A stretch of 34,202 nucleotides of DNA from a virus. Its lineage: Duplodnaviria > Caudoviricetes. The stretch is taken from positions 1 through 34,202 of the IMG/VR virus record IMGVR_UViG_3300027835_000482, one strand, 5' to 3'. Positions 1 through 9,059 of the stretch are shown here, piece after piece. Under the pieces are notes generated by a model. The model did no database searches. It saw only the letters and a program-made list of their open reading frames with translations, and was not told where the DNA came from. How positions within the stretch are numbered: position 1 is the first letter of the stretch; every line of letters begins with the position of its first letter. A program made the translations under genes and the position numbers.

Positions 1-318
1 ATGTCATACGACTATTTAGAGTGTCCAATTTGTAAATCAAAAAAAGTCAATGAAGCAGTAATAGATGATAAAGGAATATCTATCTTTAAGTCATTTGGGA
101 TTTGGCGAATCAAATATATTGCTCGCCTTTGTCATGAGTGCGGAAACTTTGCAAATCACAACGCCATAGAATTGATTTGTGATTCTTGGTCTACTTGGGA
201 AAAACAAGGAGAAAGAATCAGTGCATTGGACATTTTAGTTAAGCAATTAAGAATTAAAGAAGGTGGGGTAGAAGCATTAAATCTCTATCATCATAGCGAT
301 GAAGGTGTTGGATGTTAG
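1..318 (+). CDS. hypothetical protein with two CxxC motifs (zinc-ribbon-like)
   Basis: 105-aa ORF; CPIC and CHEC motifs; overlaps the next gene. Confidence 0.6.
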   Translation: MSYDYLECPICKSKKVNEAVIDDKGISIFKSFGIWRIKYIARLCHECGNFANHNAIELICDSWSTWEKQGERISALDILVKQLRIKEGGVEALNLYHHSDEGVGC

Positions 319-497
319 CAGTTAAAAATGTTAGTCCTAAGCCTGCAATTCGAAACGTTCAGATTAGCAGTACAGGCAGAAAACCACCGAAACGCTTTGG
401 TGATGTTGTGGTCGAGCAAAAAAAGCTTGTTCTTGGTTTCCTTGCTGCTGGAGCTTTTATCTTAGGATTTTTTTTCAATGAATTACATAAAAGCTAA
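312..497 (+). CDS. small membrane protein
   Basis: 61 aa; C-terminal hydrophobic stretch LVLGFLAAGAFILGFFF; AAGGT upstream. Confidence 0.55.
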   Translation: MLAVKNVSPKPAIRNVQISSTGRKPPKRFGDVVVEQKKLVLGFLAAGAFILGFFFNELHKS

Positions 498-681
498 CTG
501 TAAGTTATGTGGTCAGTCATTTCCAGATTGCTGGTTTACTTTCACAACAGGAGGAAAGCAGGTGACGAAAATAAGAACATTATGTGACAAGTGTGATGTG
601 CCAATTGAGCTTGGTAGTTGTGCCAATGGTTATGTAATCAGAAGGAGTAGATATGCCAGAGAATCAGTTAAAAATAATTGA
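478..681 (+). CDS. small zinc-finger protein
   Basis: CKLC and CDKC motifs; overlaps its neighbours. Confidence 0.5.
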   Translation: MNYIKANCKLCGQSFPDCWFTFTTGGKQVTKIRTLCDKCDVPIELGSCANGYVIRRSRYARESVKNN

Positions 682-808
682 TGCAGTAAAACTTGACTGG
701 GCTCAAGTAATCGAAATGTTCCAAAGAGAACAAAACAAAGCATGGAGAAAAGAAAGTAAAGAAGATTTAGAAAAGGGGGTTAATTATGAACGGGCAATTA
801 GTAAATAG
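653..808 (+). CDS. hypothetical protein (51 aa, not in ORF track)
   Basis: AGGAG SD then ATG at 653; MPENQLKII...RAISK*; fills the gap before bet. Confidence 0.55.
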   Translation: MPENQLKIIDAVKLDWAQVIEMFQREQNKAWRKESKEDLEKGVNYERAISK

Positions 809-1778
809 AGAAACAGGAGAGGTACAGTCTATAAAAACTTATAGGCTCACAGATCAAGATATAACAACATTAGTTGGTGTTGGTATTATCCCGCTAGGGA
901 CACCAAAGCCAACTGTAGAAATGTTTGCAAAGTATTGCAGTGAGACTGGTTTATCACCATTTAAAAGGCAAGTACATTTGGTCAAACGTGGTAGCAAACA
1001 AGGAGATAGATACACAATTCAAACTGGAATTGATGGTTATAGATCAATGGCAAATCAAACTGGTTTATATGCCGGTAATGATGATTACCAATTTGATGAA
1101 GGACTAAATGAATATCAGATGGTCAAAGCTAATAGGAAAAATCCTGTAACTGCTACAGCTACCGTATATAAATTAGTCAATGGTGTTCGCTGTCCTTTTG
1201 CAGCAACAGCTCGCTGGGAAGAATATGTGCAAACTTATTTTAGAGATGGGCAAACTTGCACAAGCCCATTCTGGGAAAAAATGCCATTTCTTATGCTGGG
1301 CAAATGTGCCGAGGCCTTGGCATTTAGAAAAGCATTCCCAGATGAACTAAGTGGTGTTTACACTGACGAAGAAATGCAGCAAGCTGCTAAATATGAAGTT
1401 ATAGAGGAAGTTAAACCTGAACCTATACAAATCAAAGATCCATACGGTTTTGAAGGTGAAGATAAATTCTACCCTAGGAATGCTGATCCTTTTGAATGGA
1501 GATGTCCAAATGAAAAATGGTGGCAACGACTTTTAATCTCTGGGGAATCAAAAGGATTAACTCACGATTCTTTACTTCTACATTTAGAAGATAAAAGAAA
1601 ACAAGTTGAACCTAACGCACCAGAAGTAACCAGTATGAAAGACCTCAACTATTTTCAATACAGATGGTTAGGGAATTTCATTCAAAAATACAATGGCAAA
1701 GTTCCCGGTCAAACAGACTTACCTTTGTCTAAAGAAGAAATTATTACTCGTGGTGAAAAGGCTGCACAGGAGTTATAA
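786..1778 (+). CDS. bet: single-strand annealing recombinase, Bet/RecT family
   Basis: GLSPFKRQVHLV, IQTGIDGYR and W.KMP.LML.KCAEALAFRKAFPDELSGVYTDEEM motifs typical of lambda Bet. Confidence 0.9.
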   Translation: MNGQLVNRETGEVQSIKTYRLTDQDITTLVGVGIIPLGTPKPTVEMFAKYCSETGLSPFKRQVHLVKRGSKQGDRYTIQTGIDGYRSMANQTGLYAGNDDYQFDEGLNEYQMVKANRKNPVTATATVYKLVNGVRCPFAATARWEEYVQTYFRDGQTCTSPFWEKMPFLMLGKCAEALAFRKAFPDELSGVYTDEEMQQAAKYEVIEEVKPEPIQIKDPYGFEGEDKFYPRNADPFEWRCPNEKWWQRLLISGESKGLTHDSLLLHLEDKRKQVEPNAPEVTSMKDLNYFQYRWLGNFIQKYNGKVPGQTDLPLSKEEIITRGEKAAQEL

Positions 1779-1788
1779 GGATAAAACA

Positions 1789-1980
1789 ATGGCATTAGAC
1801 GCAGGAGGAAATTATATACCCGATGAACTTGGTTTCACTTGTAACTACTGTAAGTATTTTTACTGGCTAGAAGATAAAACAGAATTAGATGATCAGTATA
1901 TTTGTAAGGAATGTTATGACGAAAACCGAGAAGATCAGATGGCATTAGCTAAAGAGTATAGCCTTCGAGGTGAACTATGA
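1789..1980 (+). CDS. small zinc-finger protein
   Basis: CNYC and CKEC; start moved from 1693 to the ATG at 1789 (AAGGA SD, no overlap with bet). Confidence 0.55.
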   Translation: MALDAGGNYIPDELGFTCNYCKYFYWLEDKTELDDQYICKECYDENREDQMALAKEYSLRGEL

Positions 1981-2798
1981 CTGAACAATTATATTGTAGC
2001 GACTGTGGAGAATGGCATGAAGAAGAACAATTCAGGGAAAGGATTGTTGAAATCCAAGCATGCCCTCATAAGGAACCTATAAGTTTATTTGAAAATGGAA
2101 TAAGCAATCCTAAAAGTCCTATTTATGAAAGAAGCACTCCAGAACGTATCTTCTATGACTTGAAATATTTAAGTGAAAAAAGACATAAAAGTTTTGATTT
2201 AGAAAAGGAAGAATTCATTATATGGTGGCACGATCAAGATCAAGAATGTTTTTATTGTAAAACAAGTATTGAAGATGTATTAGATAGTGATATTAGGCTG
2301 GATTATAAAGTTGATAGATTAACTATTGATCGATTGAATAATGAAAAGGGTTATCAAATAGATAATATTGTTTTGGCTTGCAATCGTTGTAATTCTATTA
2401 AAAGTAATTTTTTCACCTTTAAAGAAATGCAAGTTATTGCACCACTTATTCATAAAAAATATATAGCTAATCTACCATTAAATAGACGTAAACCGCATGA
2501 TAAACCAACAAAAATTCTTTGCACTCAATGTGGAGGTGAATCTTCATTCTCTGAAGAATGGAAAGAAAAAAATTGTAATAAATGCCTTAATACTGGTTTT
2601 CTTTATTATTGTTCAGATCATGATAATTATTTTGCAGATGCTTATTTTTTTTCAAGGGCTTCTTCATGGAATGGTAAACAACCGTTTTGCAAAGAATGTG
2701 CTCTAAAAAGACATAAAAATTGGCAAATAGAAAATAAGATTCAAGAGAAAAGAGATGAAGGTCAATTATTTTTAGAAGACCTATTGGAGGTGCAATGA
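1977..2798 (+). CDS. HNH-type (His-Me finger) endonuclease-like protein with extra zinc fingers
   Basis: CFYC...TIDRLNNEKGY.IDNIVLACNRCNSIK motif; further CxxC pairs. Confidence 0.7.
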   Translation: MTEQLYCSDCGEWHEEEQFRERIVEIQACPHKEPISLFENGISNPKSPIYERSTPERIFYDLKYLSEKRHKSFDLEKEEFIIWWHDQDQECFYCKTSIEDVLDSDIRLDYKVDRLTIDRLNNEKGYQIDNIVLACNRCNSIKSNFFTFKEMQVIAPLIHKKYIANLPLNRRKPHDKPTKILCTQCGGESSFSEEWKEKNCNKCLNTGFLYYCSDHDNYFADAYFFSRASSWNGKQPFCKECALKRHKNWQIENKIQEKRDEGQLFLEDLLEVQ

Positions 2799-3202
2799 CA
2801 ACCACAATAGAGCAGTTCTTACAAATGAATCCTGATTATCAACGACTTACTTTAACTGCAATATTTGACCTTGCAAATAATGTTCAAGAAGAACTTTCTG
2901 GAGTAAAAACATTTAATAAAGATATTAGAGATTTATATGAAGATATTGAAAAATTACAGGATGAAAAAGAAGAAATTGAAGAAGCCAAATCTGCAAAAGT
3001 AATTGACTGGGAAACAGCTAGATATAAATTAGCTAGTATTAATTTAAAACTAACTAAAAGCTATAGAGATTTAAAACAAATCTGCAAAGATAGGCTTCCC
3101 CTACTAGACGCAGCATTTTCATTTGCAGAGAGCCTACAAAAGATTTGTACTGATCCTAAAAAATATGCTGAATATGCTAGGAGGCTAGAACTAAATGAGT
3201 AA
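2795..3202 (+). CDS. hypothetical coiled-coil protein
   Basis: 135 aa, E/K-rich; GGAGG SD; ATGA overlap. Confidence 0.65.
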   Translation: MTTTIEQFLQMNPDYQRLTLTAIFDLANNVQEELSGVKTFNKDIRDLYEDIEKLQDEKEEIEEAKSAKVIDWETARYKLASINLKLTKSYRDLKQICKDRLPLLDAAFSFAESLQKICTDPKKYAEYARRLELNE

Positions 3203-3941
3203 AGATTTACCTTATTTTAGATTTTATCCTGGTGAATGGACTGGCGGAAGGATCTTTAAACAGCCAGCAGAAATGAAGGGACACTTTATAGATATATTGT
3301 GCAGGTATTGGAAAAACGAAGGTAACTATCCTTACGAAGAAGCAATATTAGATTTTGACAAAAGTATAATCGATTTTTTTCTTGAAAAGAAAATTATTAC
3401 AAAAGAAAATGAAATGCTCCAAATTGAATTTATGGACGAACAGGTCAAAGAAATTGAGCAAGATAAGAAAAAAAAGAGTAAAGCGGGTAAGGCTAGTGCT
3501 AAATCTCGCTATGTAAAACCTGTTGAACACAATCTAACACCTGTTGAATTGTGTTCAACAGACCTTCAACACAATCTAACAGACCCATCCGACTGTTCAG
3601 CTAATAATATAAATAATAATAGAAGTATAAATAATACTAATAGTAATAATAATAAGAAATTCATAAAACCAACTCTTTTAGAAATAAAAAATTATGTTTT
3701 AGAAAACAAATACAATGTTGAGCCAGAAGCATTTTTTGATTTTTATGAATCAAAAGGCTGGAAGGTTGGAAACCAGCCAATGAAAAATTGGCAAGCTGCG
3801 GTTAGGACATGGCACAGTAAAAACGATCGGGCAAGTCCAAATATTGCAAATAAGCTGGGTGTGAGTCAAAAGACAGCAAATAACATGCAGGTAGTTAAAG
3901 GGTTTTTAGAAACAAGAGGTATAAAAGTCAATGCTGAGTGA
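3195..3941 (+). CDS. phage replication initiator (DUF1376/YdaU-like N-terminus)
   Basis: N-terminal LPYFRFYPGEW; C-terminal FIKPT..EI...FFDFYESKGWKVG.QPMKNWQAAVRTW; internal repeats. Confidence 0.75.
   Translation: MSKDLPYFRFYPGEWTGGRIFKQPAEMKGHFIDILCRYWKNEGNYPYEEAILDFDKSIIDFFLEKKIITKENEMLQIEFMDEQVKEIEQDKKKKSKAGKASAKSRYVKPVEHNLTPVELCSTDLQHNLTDPSDCSANNINNNRSINNTNSNNNKKFIKPTLLEIKNYVLENKYNVEPEAFFDFYESKGWKVGNQPMKNWQAAVRTWHSKNDRASPNIANKLGVSQKTANNMQVVKGFLETRGIKVNAE
3518..3665. repeat. putative replication origin: iteron-like repeats plus AT-rich tract
   Basis: ACCTGTTGAA x2 (3518, 3539), inverted TTCAACAG, AACACAATCTAACA x2, then about 60 bp almost entirely A/T, all inside the initiator gene. Confidence 0.7.
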
Positions 3942-4266
3942 AAAAGTATTTTCAATGGGGTTAATGAAACTAGGGGAAGTTTTCAACAAAGAAATAACCC
4001 CAGCCCTAATAAATATTTACTATGACGCTTTGCAGGACTTCACTAATGAGCAGTTTACACGCTGTGTAAATTACCTCGTTAAAAATCACAAATACCCTAC
4101 ATTACCGCTTCCTGCTGATTTCACAGAAGCAAAAAACAACACTCGCCCGGAAGTTACTGAACATAAATTCAGGATTGAAGCGGATAAGAAAGGCTCACCA
4201 TGTCCGCCAGAAGTTAAGGAAAAAATGGAAAAGTTAATGAAAAAACTGAAGGTGAAAACAAAATGA
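3931..4266 (+). CDS. putative replicative helicase loader/inhibitor (G39P-like)
   Basis: Directly follows the initiator; IYYDALQDF...HKYPTLPLPADF pattern. Confidence 0.55.
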   Translation: MLSEKVFSMGLMKLGEVFNKEITPALINIYYDALQDFTNEQFTRCVNYLVKNHKYPTLPLPADFTEAKNNTRPEVTEHKFRIEADKKGSPCPPEVKEKMEKLMKKLKVKTK

Positions 4267-4340
4267 GTGAACTTGTTTTAAAACCAAATATTTTCTTTTT
4301 ACTTTTAAAAAAAATACTTATGTGTATGAAAGAGGTAGTG

Positions 4341-4868
4341 ATGGAGCTTGAAGAGATTTACCCAAATTATGAAAAGTTTATTAATTCTATTCTGTTTAAA
4401 TATCAGGGTGTTGGTGAGTTTGAGGATATGAAACAAGATGTTTTATTAACTATAGCTAAAAAATGCGAAGGTATTTTGAATCCTAAGGCTGTAAAAGCCT
4501 GGATTTATACAACGATTAAAAATTATGCTTTTGACAAGATGCGAGCAAAAAGGAGAAAAGCACAAGTTATTAGCTTCTCTGAAATAGAAGTTGACCTAGA
4601 ATTTCAGGAACGCTTTGACCCAGAAAATATGCTTGTTGATGACAAAGAGCCTGCAATAATTCTGGAAAACAAAGAACTCAAAACTAGAATACGAAAGACT
4701 ATAAATAAACTTCAAAACCAATGGAAAGGAGTTTTATTTGCAAGGCATTATGAGAATCTTTCATATGCAGAAATTGCTAAAAAATATGACATAAATCTTG
4801 GCACTGTGAAAAGTAGAATTGCAAGAGCGAGGAGAAGGTTTACAGCGAAGTTCCAGGAGCAAGAATAA
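4341..4868 (+). CDS. ECF-family RNA polymerase sigma-70 factor
   Basis: Region 2 EDMKQDV...KAWIYTTIKNYAFD.MR; region 4 LSYAEIA...INLGTVKSRIARAR; GAGG SD before ATG 4341 (alternative start 4263). Confidence 0.85.
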   Translation: MELEEIYPNYEKFINSILFKYQGVGEFEDMKQDVLLTIAKKCEGILNPKAVKAWIYTTIKNYAFDKMRAKRRKAQVISFSEIEVDLEFQERFDPENMLVDDKEPAIILENKELKTRIRKTINKLQNQWKGVLFARHYENLSYAEIAKKYDINLGTVKSRIARARRRFTAKFQEQE

Positions 4869-4870
4869 CA

Positions 4871-5230
4871 ATGCCAAATCCCAATAAAGCAAAAGGTAGT
4901 CGTGGTGAAACTGATGTTGTCAAAACACTTAGGGATAAATGGGGTTTGACTGCTTGGAAAACAGCAAGGTCTGGTGCTGGTGAGTTCTATAAAGGAGATA
5001 TAAGAGTTAAGTTAGGTGAAAAGGTTCTAGAAGGTGAATGCAAAGTGTCAGAAAAAAGATGGAAAAGAGAGTATGACGAAAAAAGTACACATGACATTTT
5101 GTTTATTAGAAGAATAGAAGCTGGTGCAAATCAATTTAATAAAAAGGCAAAACCATTTTTAGCAGTTATTGAAATAGATTTATTGGCTGATTTAATCAGG
5201 CAAGCAAGTATGCCAAAGGAGTCTTCATGA
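4871..5230 (+). CDS. Holliday junction resolvase (Hjc-like PD-(D/E)XK nuclease)
   Basis: NKAKGSRGE...SGAG..KGDI...ECK motif. Confidence 0.75.
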   Translation: MPNPNKAKGSRGETDVVKTLRDKWGLTAWKTARSGAGEFYKGDIRVKLGEKVLEGECKVSEKRWKREYDEKSTHDILFIRRIEAGANQFNKKAKPFLAVIEIDLLADLIRQASMPKESS

Positions 5231-5424
5231 ATAAAAGACCTTGCAGGGCATGTGGTAAAGAGATTGTTTTTCTTCCGGCTAAATCTGGCAAGTTGCTACC
5301 CATTAATGCTGAGACAGTACAAGAAGGTGATACCGAATACCAAGGCAAAGATGCTGATGGAAAAGGAAAACATATTGCTCATTTTTCAGATTGTCCAGAG
5401 GCAAATAGGTTTAGAAAAAAATGA
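5227..5424 (+). CDS. small zinc-binding phage protein
   Basis: CRAC...HFSDCP; ATGA overlaps on both sides. Confidence 0.65.
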   Translation: MNKRPCRACGKEIVFLPAKSGKLLPINAETVQEGDTEYQGKDADGKGKHIAHFSDCPEANRFRKK

Positions 5425-6416
5425 CTTTTGAAATAAATAAAATCTATCAAGGAGATTCATTGGAAATATTAAAAACTTTCCTGGATGAAAGCATTGATTG
5501 TGTTGTAACTTCACCACCTTACTGGGGCTTAAGAGATTACGGAATCGAAGGACAGTTAGGATTAGAAAATACTCATGAAGAGCACATAGATAAAATCTGT
5601 AATTTATTTAATGAGATTAAAAGGGTTTTAAAATCTACAGGCACATGTTGGGTTAATTATGGTGACAGTTATTTATGCCAACAAGGAAAAGGTTTTAACG
5701 GCAATAAAAGATTAGATAGTAAAAACTTAAAGGTTTCTGTAAACAGAACAAAATCTATTCCTCAAAAATGTTTAGCTCAGATTCCTTTTAGATTTTCTAT
5801 TGAGATGTGCAATCGAGGATGGATTTTAAGAAATGTAATTGTTTGGCAAAAACCAAACGCAATGCCTGAATCAGTTAAAGATAGATTTACTGTTGATTTT
5901 GAGTATATTTTCTTTTTTGTAAAATCTCAAAAATACTATTTCCAACAACAATTTGAATCATTTAAATCAAATTGCAATCCTGCTGATTATGACGGTTTCC
6001 GTCATAATCGTGGTCCTTATATAAATCGAAATGGACCTGTAAACAATTCAAATAGGGGTTACAAAACAAAAGAAAATATAGAAGGTCCTCAACCACCAAA
6101 TAGACATGGTAAAGACATTAATTACTACCCAGAAGGCCGTAATATGAGAACCATTTGGACAATTCCAACGCAAGGATTTCCTGAGGCTCATTTTGCAACA
6201 TTTCCAGAAGAATTACCAAGGCGTTGTATTAAAGCAGGTTGTCCACCTGGTGGTTTGGTCCTTGATCCATTTGCTGGCTCAGGAACGACTTTAGCAGTTG
6301 CAAAAGAATTAGGTCGAAACTATTTAGGTATTGAATTGAATCCTAATTACATCAAACTTGCAGAAAAGAGAATTGAAAATACTGTTAGGCAAGAAAAACT
6401 ATTTGAGGTGGCATAA
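5421..6416 (+). CDS. DNA methyltransferase, N4-cytosine/N6-adenine beta class
   Basis: TSPPY catalytic motif before the VLDPFAGSGTT SAM-binding motif; HFATFP. Confidence 0.92.
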   Translation: MTFEINKIYQGDSLEILKTFLDESIDCVVTSPPYWGLRDYGIEGQLGLENTHEEHIDKICNLFNEIKRVLKSTGTCWVNYGDSYLCQQGKGFNGNKRLDSKNLKVSVNRTKSIPQKCLAQIPFRFSIEMCNRGWILRNVIVWQKPNAMPESVKDRFTVDFEYIFFFVKSQKYYFQQQFESFKSNCNPADYDGFRHNRGPYINRNGPVNNSNRGYKTKENIEGPQPPNRHGKDINYYPEGRNMRTIWTIPTQGFPEAHFATFPEELPRRCIKAGCPPGGLVLDPFAGSGTTLAVAKELGRNYLGIELNPNYIKLAEKRIENTVRQEKLFEVA

Positions 6417-6590
6417 ATGAAATATTTAAAATTGGATGCAAATGATAAAAAAGATTTAGTGCTTTGGTATAGAACTGGTCGCTGGACTGAAAGAGCCCTA
6501 GCAAAAGGCTTTCAAACTTGTAGATCAGTTGTCCATGATGTATTGAAGAAATATAAATCTTGGACAAACAAACAGTTGTTAGAGGGATAA
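6417..6590 (+). CDS. small HTH-like protein (57 aa, not in ORF track)
   Basis: GAGG SD; WTERALAKGFQTCRSVVHDVLKK resembles a helix-turn-helix. Confidence 0.5.
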   Translation: MKYLKLDANDKKDLVLWYRTGRWTERALAKGFQTCRSVVHDVLKKYKSWTNKQLLEG

Positions 6591-6603
6591 AAAAGGGGGT
6601 AGT

Positions 6604-6867
6604 ATGGATTTTAGTCAAGCGTTAATAGAAATAAAAAATAATAAAAAAGTTGCTCGTTCTGGTTGGAATGGGAAGGGGATGTTTATATTTCTAATTCCTG
6701 GTTCTACTTTTGAAGTTACAGAAGGAAGACCTTTGGCTGCTCATGTTCCGGCAGGGACAAGAGTAGATTATTGTCCACATATTGATATGAAAACTGCAAC
6801 CGAAGCAATCGTGCCTTGGTTGGCAAGTCAAACCGATATATTGGCAGAAGATTGGGAAGTGGTTTAA
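6604..6867 (+). CDS. DUF2829 / Tad2-like anti-defence sponge protein
   Basis: KKVARSGWNGKGMFIFL...YCPHIDMKT...VPWLASQTDILAEDW signature. Confidence 0.8.
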   Translation: MDFSQALIEIKNNKKVARSGWNGKGMFIFLIPGSTFEVTEGRPLAAHVPAGTRVDYCPHIDMKTATEAIVPWLASQTDILAEDWEVV

Positions 6868-6917
6868 AAACAGATTGAGGGTGGTGTTAAAGCCACCTCT
6901 CAAGGGATGGCAAAGAA

Positions 6918-7274
6918 ATGACAGTAACAATAACAGAGAAAGGGACGGAATCTTTTGCTAAATGGGCAGAAAGCATTAGAAATAATTTTATTAATATTGG
7001 GAAATGGATTAATGACCATGAAGAATTGACATTACCCAGATTTGAAAAAGAACTTATAGAGCTTATTAAAACCTCTGAGCCATTAAGAGAAGAAATTAGA
7101 AGCTTATTAAATATTAAATCTATTGAACTTACCACTAATTTAAAAATGGAGGCGGAACAAGAGTTGGATAGAGCAATAGAATCGGTTCTGTCAGATCCTA
7201 GTGGACATATTTCTTACGAAGATTTTAAACGGTTACATTTAGCCCACGGGAAATGGAAGGAGAAAAATAAATGA
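6918..7274 (+). CDS. hypothetical protein
   Basis: 118-aa ORF in an operon. Confidence 0.6.
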   Translation: MTVTITEKGTESFAKWAESIRNNFINIGKWINDHEELTLPRFEKELIELIKTSEPLREEIRSLLNIKSIELTTNLKMEAEQELDRAIESVLSDPSGHISYEDFKRLHLAHGKWKEKNK

Positions 7275-7564
7275 GAAGAATTATTAGAGAATGGTTAGGG
7301 ATAAATAATCTTGTAAGCTCTTTAGATCGTAAACCAGATCGTAATGAGATGCAATATCTTGAAGTAGATAAATTAAAGACTGTAGTTTCTGCTTTATGTG
7401 ATTTTCTTGGAATTGATATTTATGAAACTGCTCGTTGCGGAGACCAAGAAACCAGAGAGAAGTTAAATAGAGATTCGCAGAGTAAAGCGAGAGGATTAGC
7501 TTCATATTATCAAATGCATACATTGGGGGGTTCAACAGTAATTGAAATTATAAAAAGAAAGTAA
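7271..7564 (+). CDS. hypothetical protein
   Basis: AAGGAG SD; ATGA overlap. Confidence 0.6.
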   Translation: MRRIIREWLGINNLVSSLDRKPDRNEMQYLEVDKLKTVVSALCDFLGIDIYETARCGDQETREKLNRDSQSKARGLASYYQMHTLGGSTVIEIIKRK

Positions 7565-7572
7565 GAAGAAAA

Positions 7573-7968
7573 ATGACTCAAAATAACTTGCATCCATTGA
7601 CTGAGCAAATAATTAACAGTGCCACCTATGAGCATACACAAATAAAATGCTGGGCAAATAATCAGGACATGAATACCATCATCGTGGAGTGGCTGGAAGG
7701 GGTTTATGAAAAGATTATGCATAATTCAGCGACAAGATATCCTGACGGTCATACTGGTCCAAGAGAAGAAAATACTCATCTAAGATGTAATATCCTCTCC
7801 ATCCCCGCCCCCAAGCCCGATTTGGAAGATAGCGTTAGAAACTATGTCCAAGAATCTTATCAAGATTTTTGTGGACGTGGTTGGAATACTCGAACACAAC
7901 TAGAATTAAATATAATTATTAAAGCAGCCCTGGATTATTTGAGGAAAGAGGGGAAGTTGAATGGATAA
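7573..7968 (+). CDS. hypothetical protein
   Basis: 131-aa ORF in an operon. Confidence 0.6.
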   Translation: MTQNNLHPLTEQIINSATYEHTQIKCWANNQDMNTIIVEWLEGVYEKIMHNSATRYPDGHTGPREENTHLRCNILSIPAPKPDLEDSVRNYVQESYQDFCGRGWNTRTQLELNIIIKAALDYLRKEGKLNG

Positions 7969-8110
7969 CATTACAGACCAACTGATAATAGACAAAATGA
8001 ACGAACTAATCAAAAGATTTAATAAGTTTGAGAAGTTAGTAGGCAAGAGCTTTATTGCGATTCTTGATGAGTTGAAAATGATTACAGAGGAGTTGAAAGA
8101 GGATAAATGA
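7961..8110 (+). CDS. hypothetical protein (49 aa, not in ORF track)
   Basis: GAGGGG SD; MDNITDQL...EDK*; ATGA coupling with the next ORF. Confidence 0.55.
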   Translation: MDNITDQLIIDKMNELIKRFNKFEKLVGKSFIAILDELKMITEELKEDK

Positions 8111-8286
8111 AACCTAAAAAACGCAAGAAGAAAACTTATGTTTGGGTGATGGTGGAAATTAAAACTAACTTAGAGCCACCTGTTTTAATATTCCCTAAGA
8201 TTTGGGTTTATGATAAGTTCTCAATGGTAGTTGCTAAAAAACTAAAAGGACTACCTGTGTTCCTTAAAAAAGTGGAGGTGAAATGA
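8107..8286 (+). CDS. hypothetical basic protein (59 aa, not in ORF track)
   Basis: GAGG SD; MKPKKRKKK...; ATGA overlaps at both ends. Confidence 0.55.
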   Translation: MKPKKRKKKTYVWVMVEIKTNLEPPVLIFPKIWVYDKFSMVVAKKLKGLPVFLKKVEVK

Positions 8287-8570
8287 ACGATAAAGAATTG
8301 GATGAACTTAAGTTAAAGCAAATAAAAGAAAATCTTGTGCGGACTTTTGCACAAGGGAGGAATGATTGCTATTATCATTCTAATCATACGACTAAGATTG
8401 AAGCTATTGAAGATTTAGAATGGCTAGTTGAACAAATCCAATCCCAGAGGCAAGAGGTTTTAGACCAATTATTTGAAGCGTTAAGTAAGCTGAAATGGTC
8501 GTCTGCTTTTGTGGTTAGTGAGTTTGAAAATAATATTAAACTGATAAAGCAAAAATACGGAGGGGTGTGA
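8283..8570 (+). CDS. hypothetical protein
   Basis: GGAGG SD; 95 aa. Confidence 0.6.
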   Translation: MNDKELDELKLKQIKENLVRTFAQGRNDCYYHSNHTTKIEAIEDLEWLVEQIQSQRQEVLDQLFEALSKLKWSSAFVVSEFENNIKLIKQKYGGV

Positions 8571-8755
8571 TGATAGGAACAACTAGAACAGGTAAGCTCA
8601 TTAATCAAGAAAATCTACAAGAAGTGGAAAAGTTACTGTGTGAACGTATAGAACAATCCATATTGGTTTTCGAAGACACTTACCCAATGACAGCAGAAGA
8701 TTTAGAGGATGTTTATGATTTGTGGAGGGAGTTAAAAGAGGAACCAAAACAATGA
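8567..8755 (+). CDS. hypothetical protein
   Basis: GGAGG SD; coupled to its neighbours. Confidence 0.55.
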   Translation: MMIGTTRTGKLINQENLQEVEKLLCERIEQSILVFEDTYPMTAEDLEDVYDLWRELKEEPKQ

Positions 8756-8988
8756 CAGATGAAAAGGAAATAGATTTAGAAGATTATGATTTGAGTGGAA
8801 TCTTTATTACTTTTAAAGATGGGACTACTAGAAGTGAAAGAGAACGAGGTTTAAAAGATCTAATAAGGAAAGGACACATCCATCCCCCTAAAAGAAAATA
8901 CAGTAAAGAAGTTTCTGAGCAAGTAGTTACAAGAGTGATTCGAGGTTGTGAGAAGCACCATCATCCGCCAAGGGAGTTGAACAAATGA
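8752..8988 (+). CDS. hypothetical protein
   Basis: Start moved to ATG 8752 (GAGG SD, ATGA overlap). Confidence 0.5.
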   Translation: MTDEKEIDLEDYDLSGIFITFKDGTTRSERERGLKDLIRKGHIHPPKRKYSKEVSEQVVTRVIRGCEKHHHPPRELNK

Positions 8989-9059
8989 TTGATTTAAGAG
9001 AGCAGTTAGCAGCTATTGAACATCAAAGATGGGCTGATTGGCAGAAGTATGTTCATTAA
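8985..9059 (+). pseudogene. truncated remnant of a phage gene
   Basis: GGAG SD and ATGA overlap, then MIDLREQLAAIEHQRWADWQKYVH* (24 aa) followed by AT-rich non-coding DNA. Confidence 0.4.

Noticed and set aside
1977-6416. HNH nuclease plus methyltransferase as a restriction-modification system
   Set aside because: The genes are not adjacent, and both types are common as solitary phage genes.
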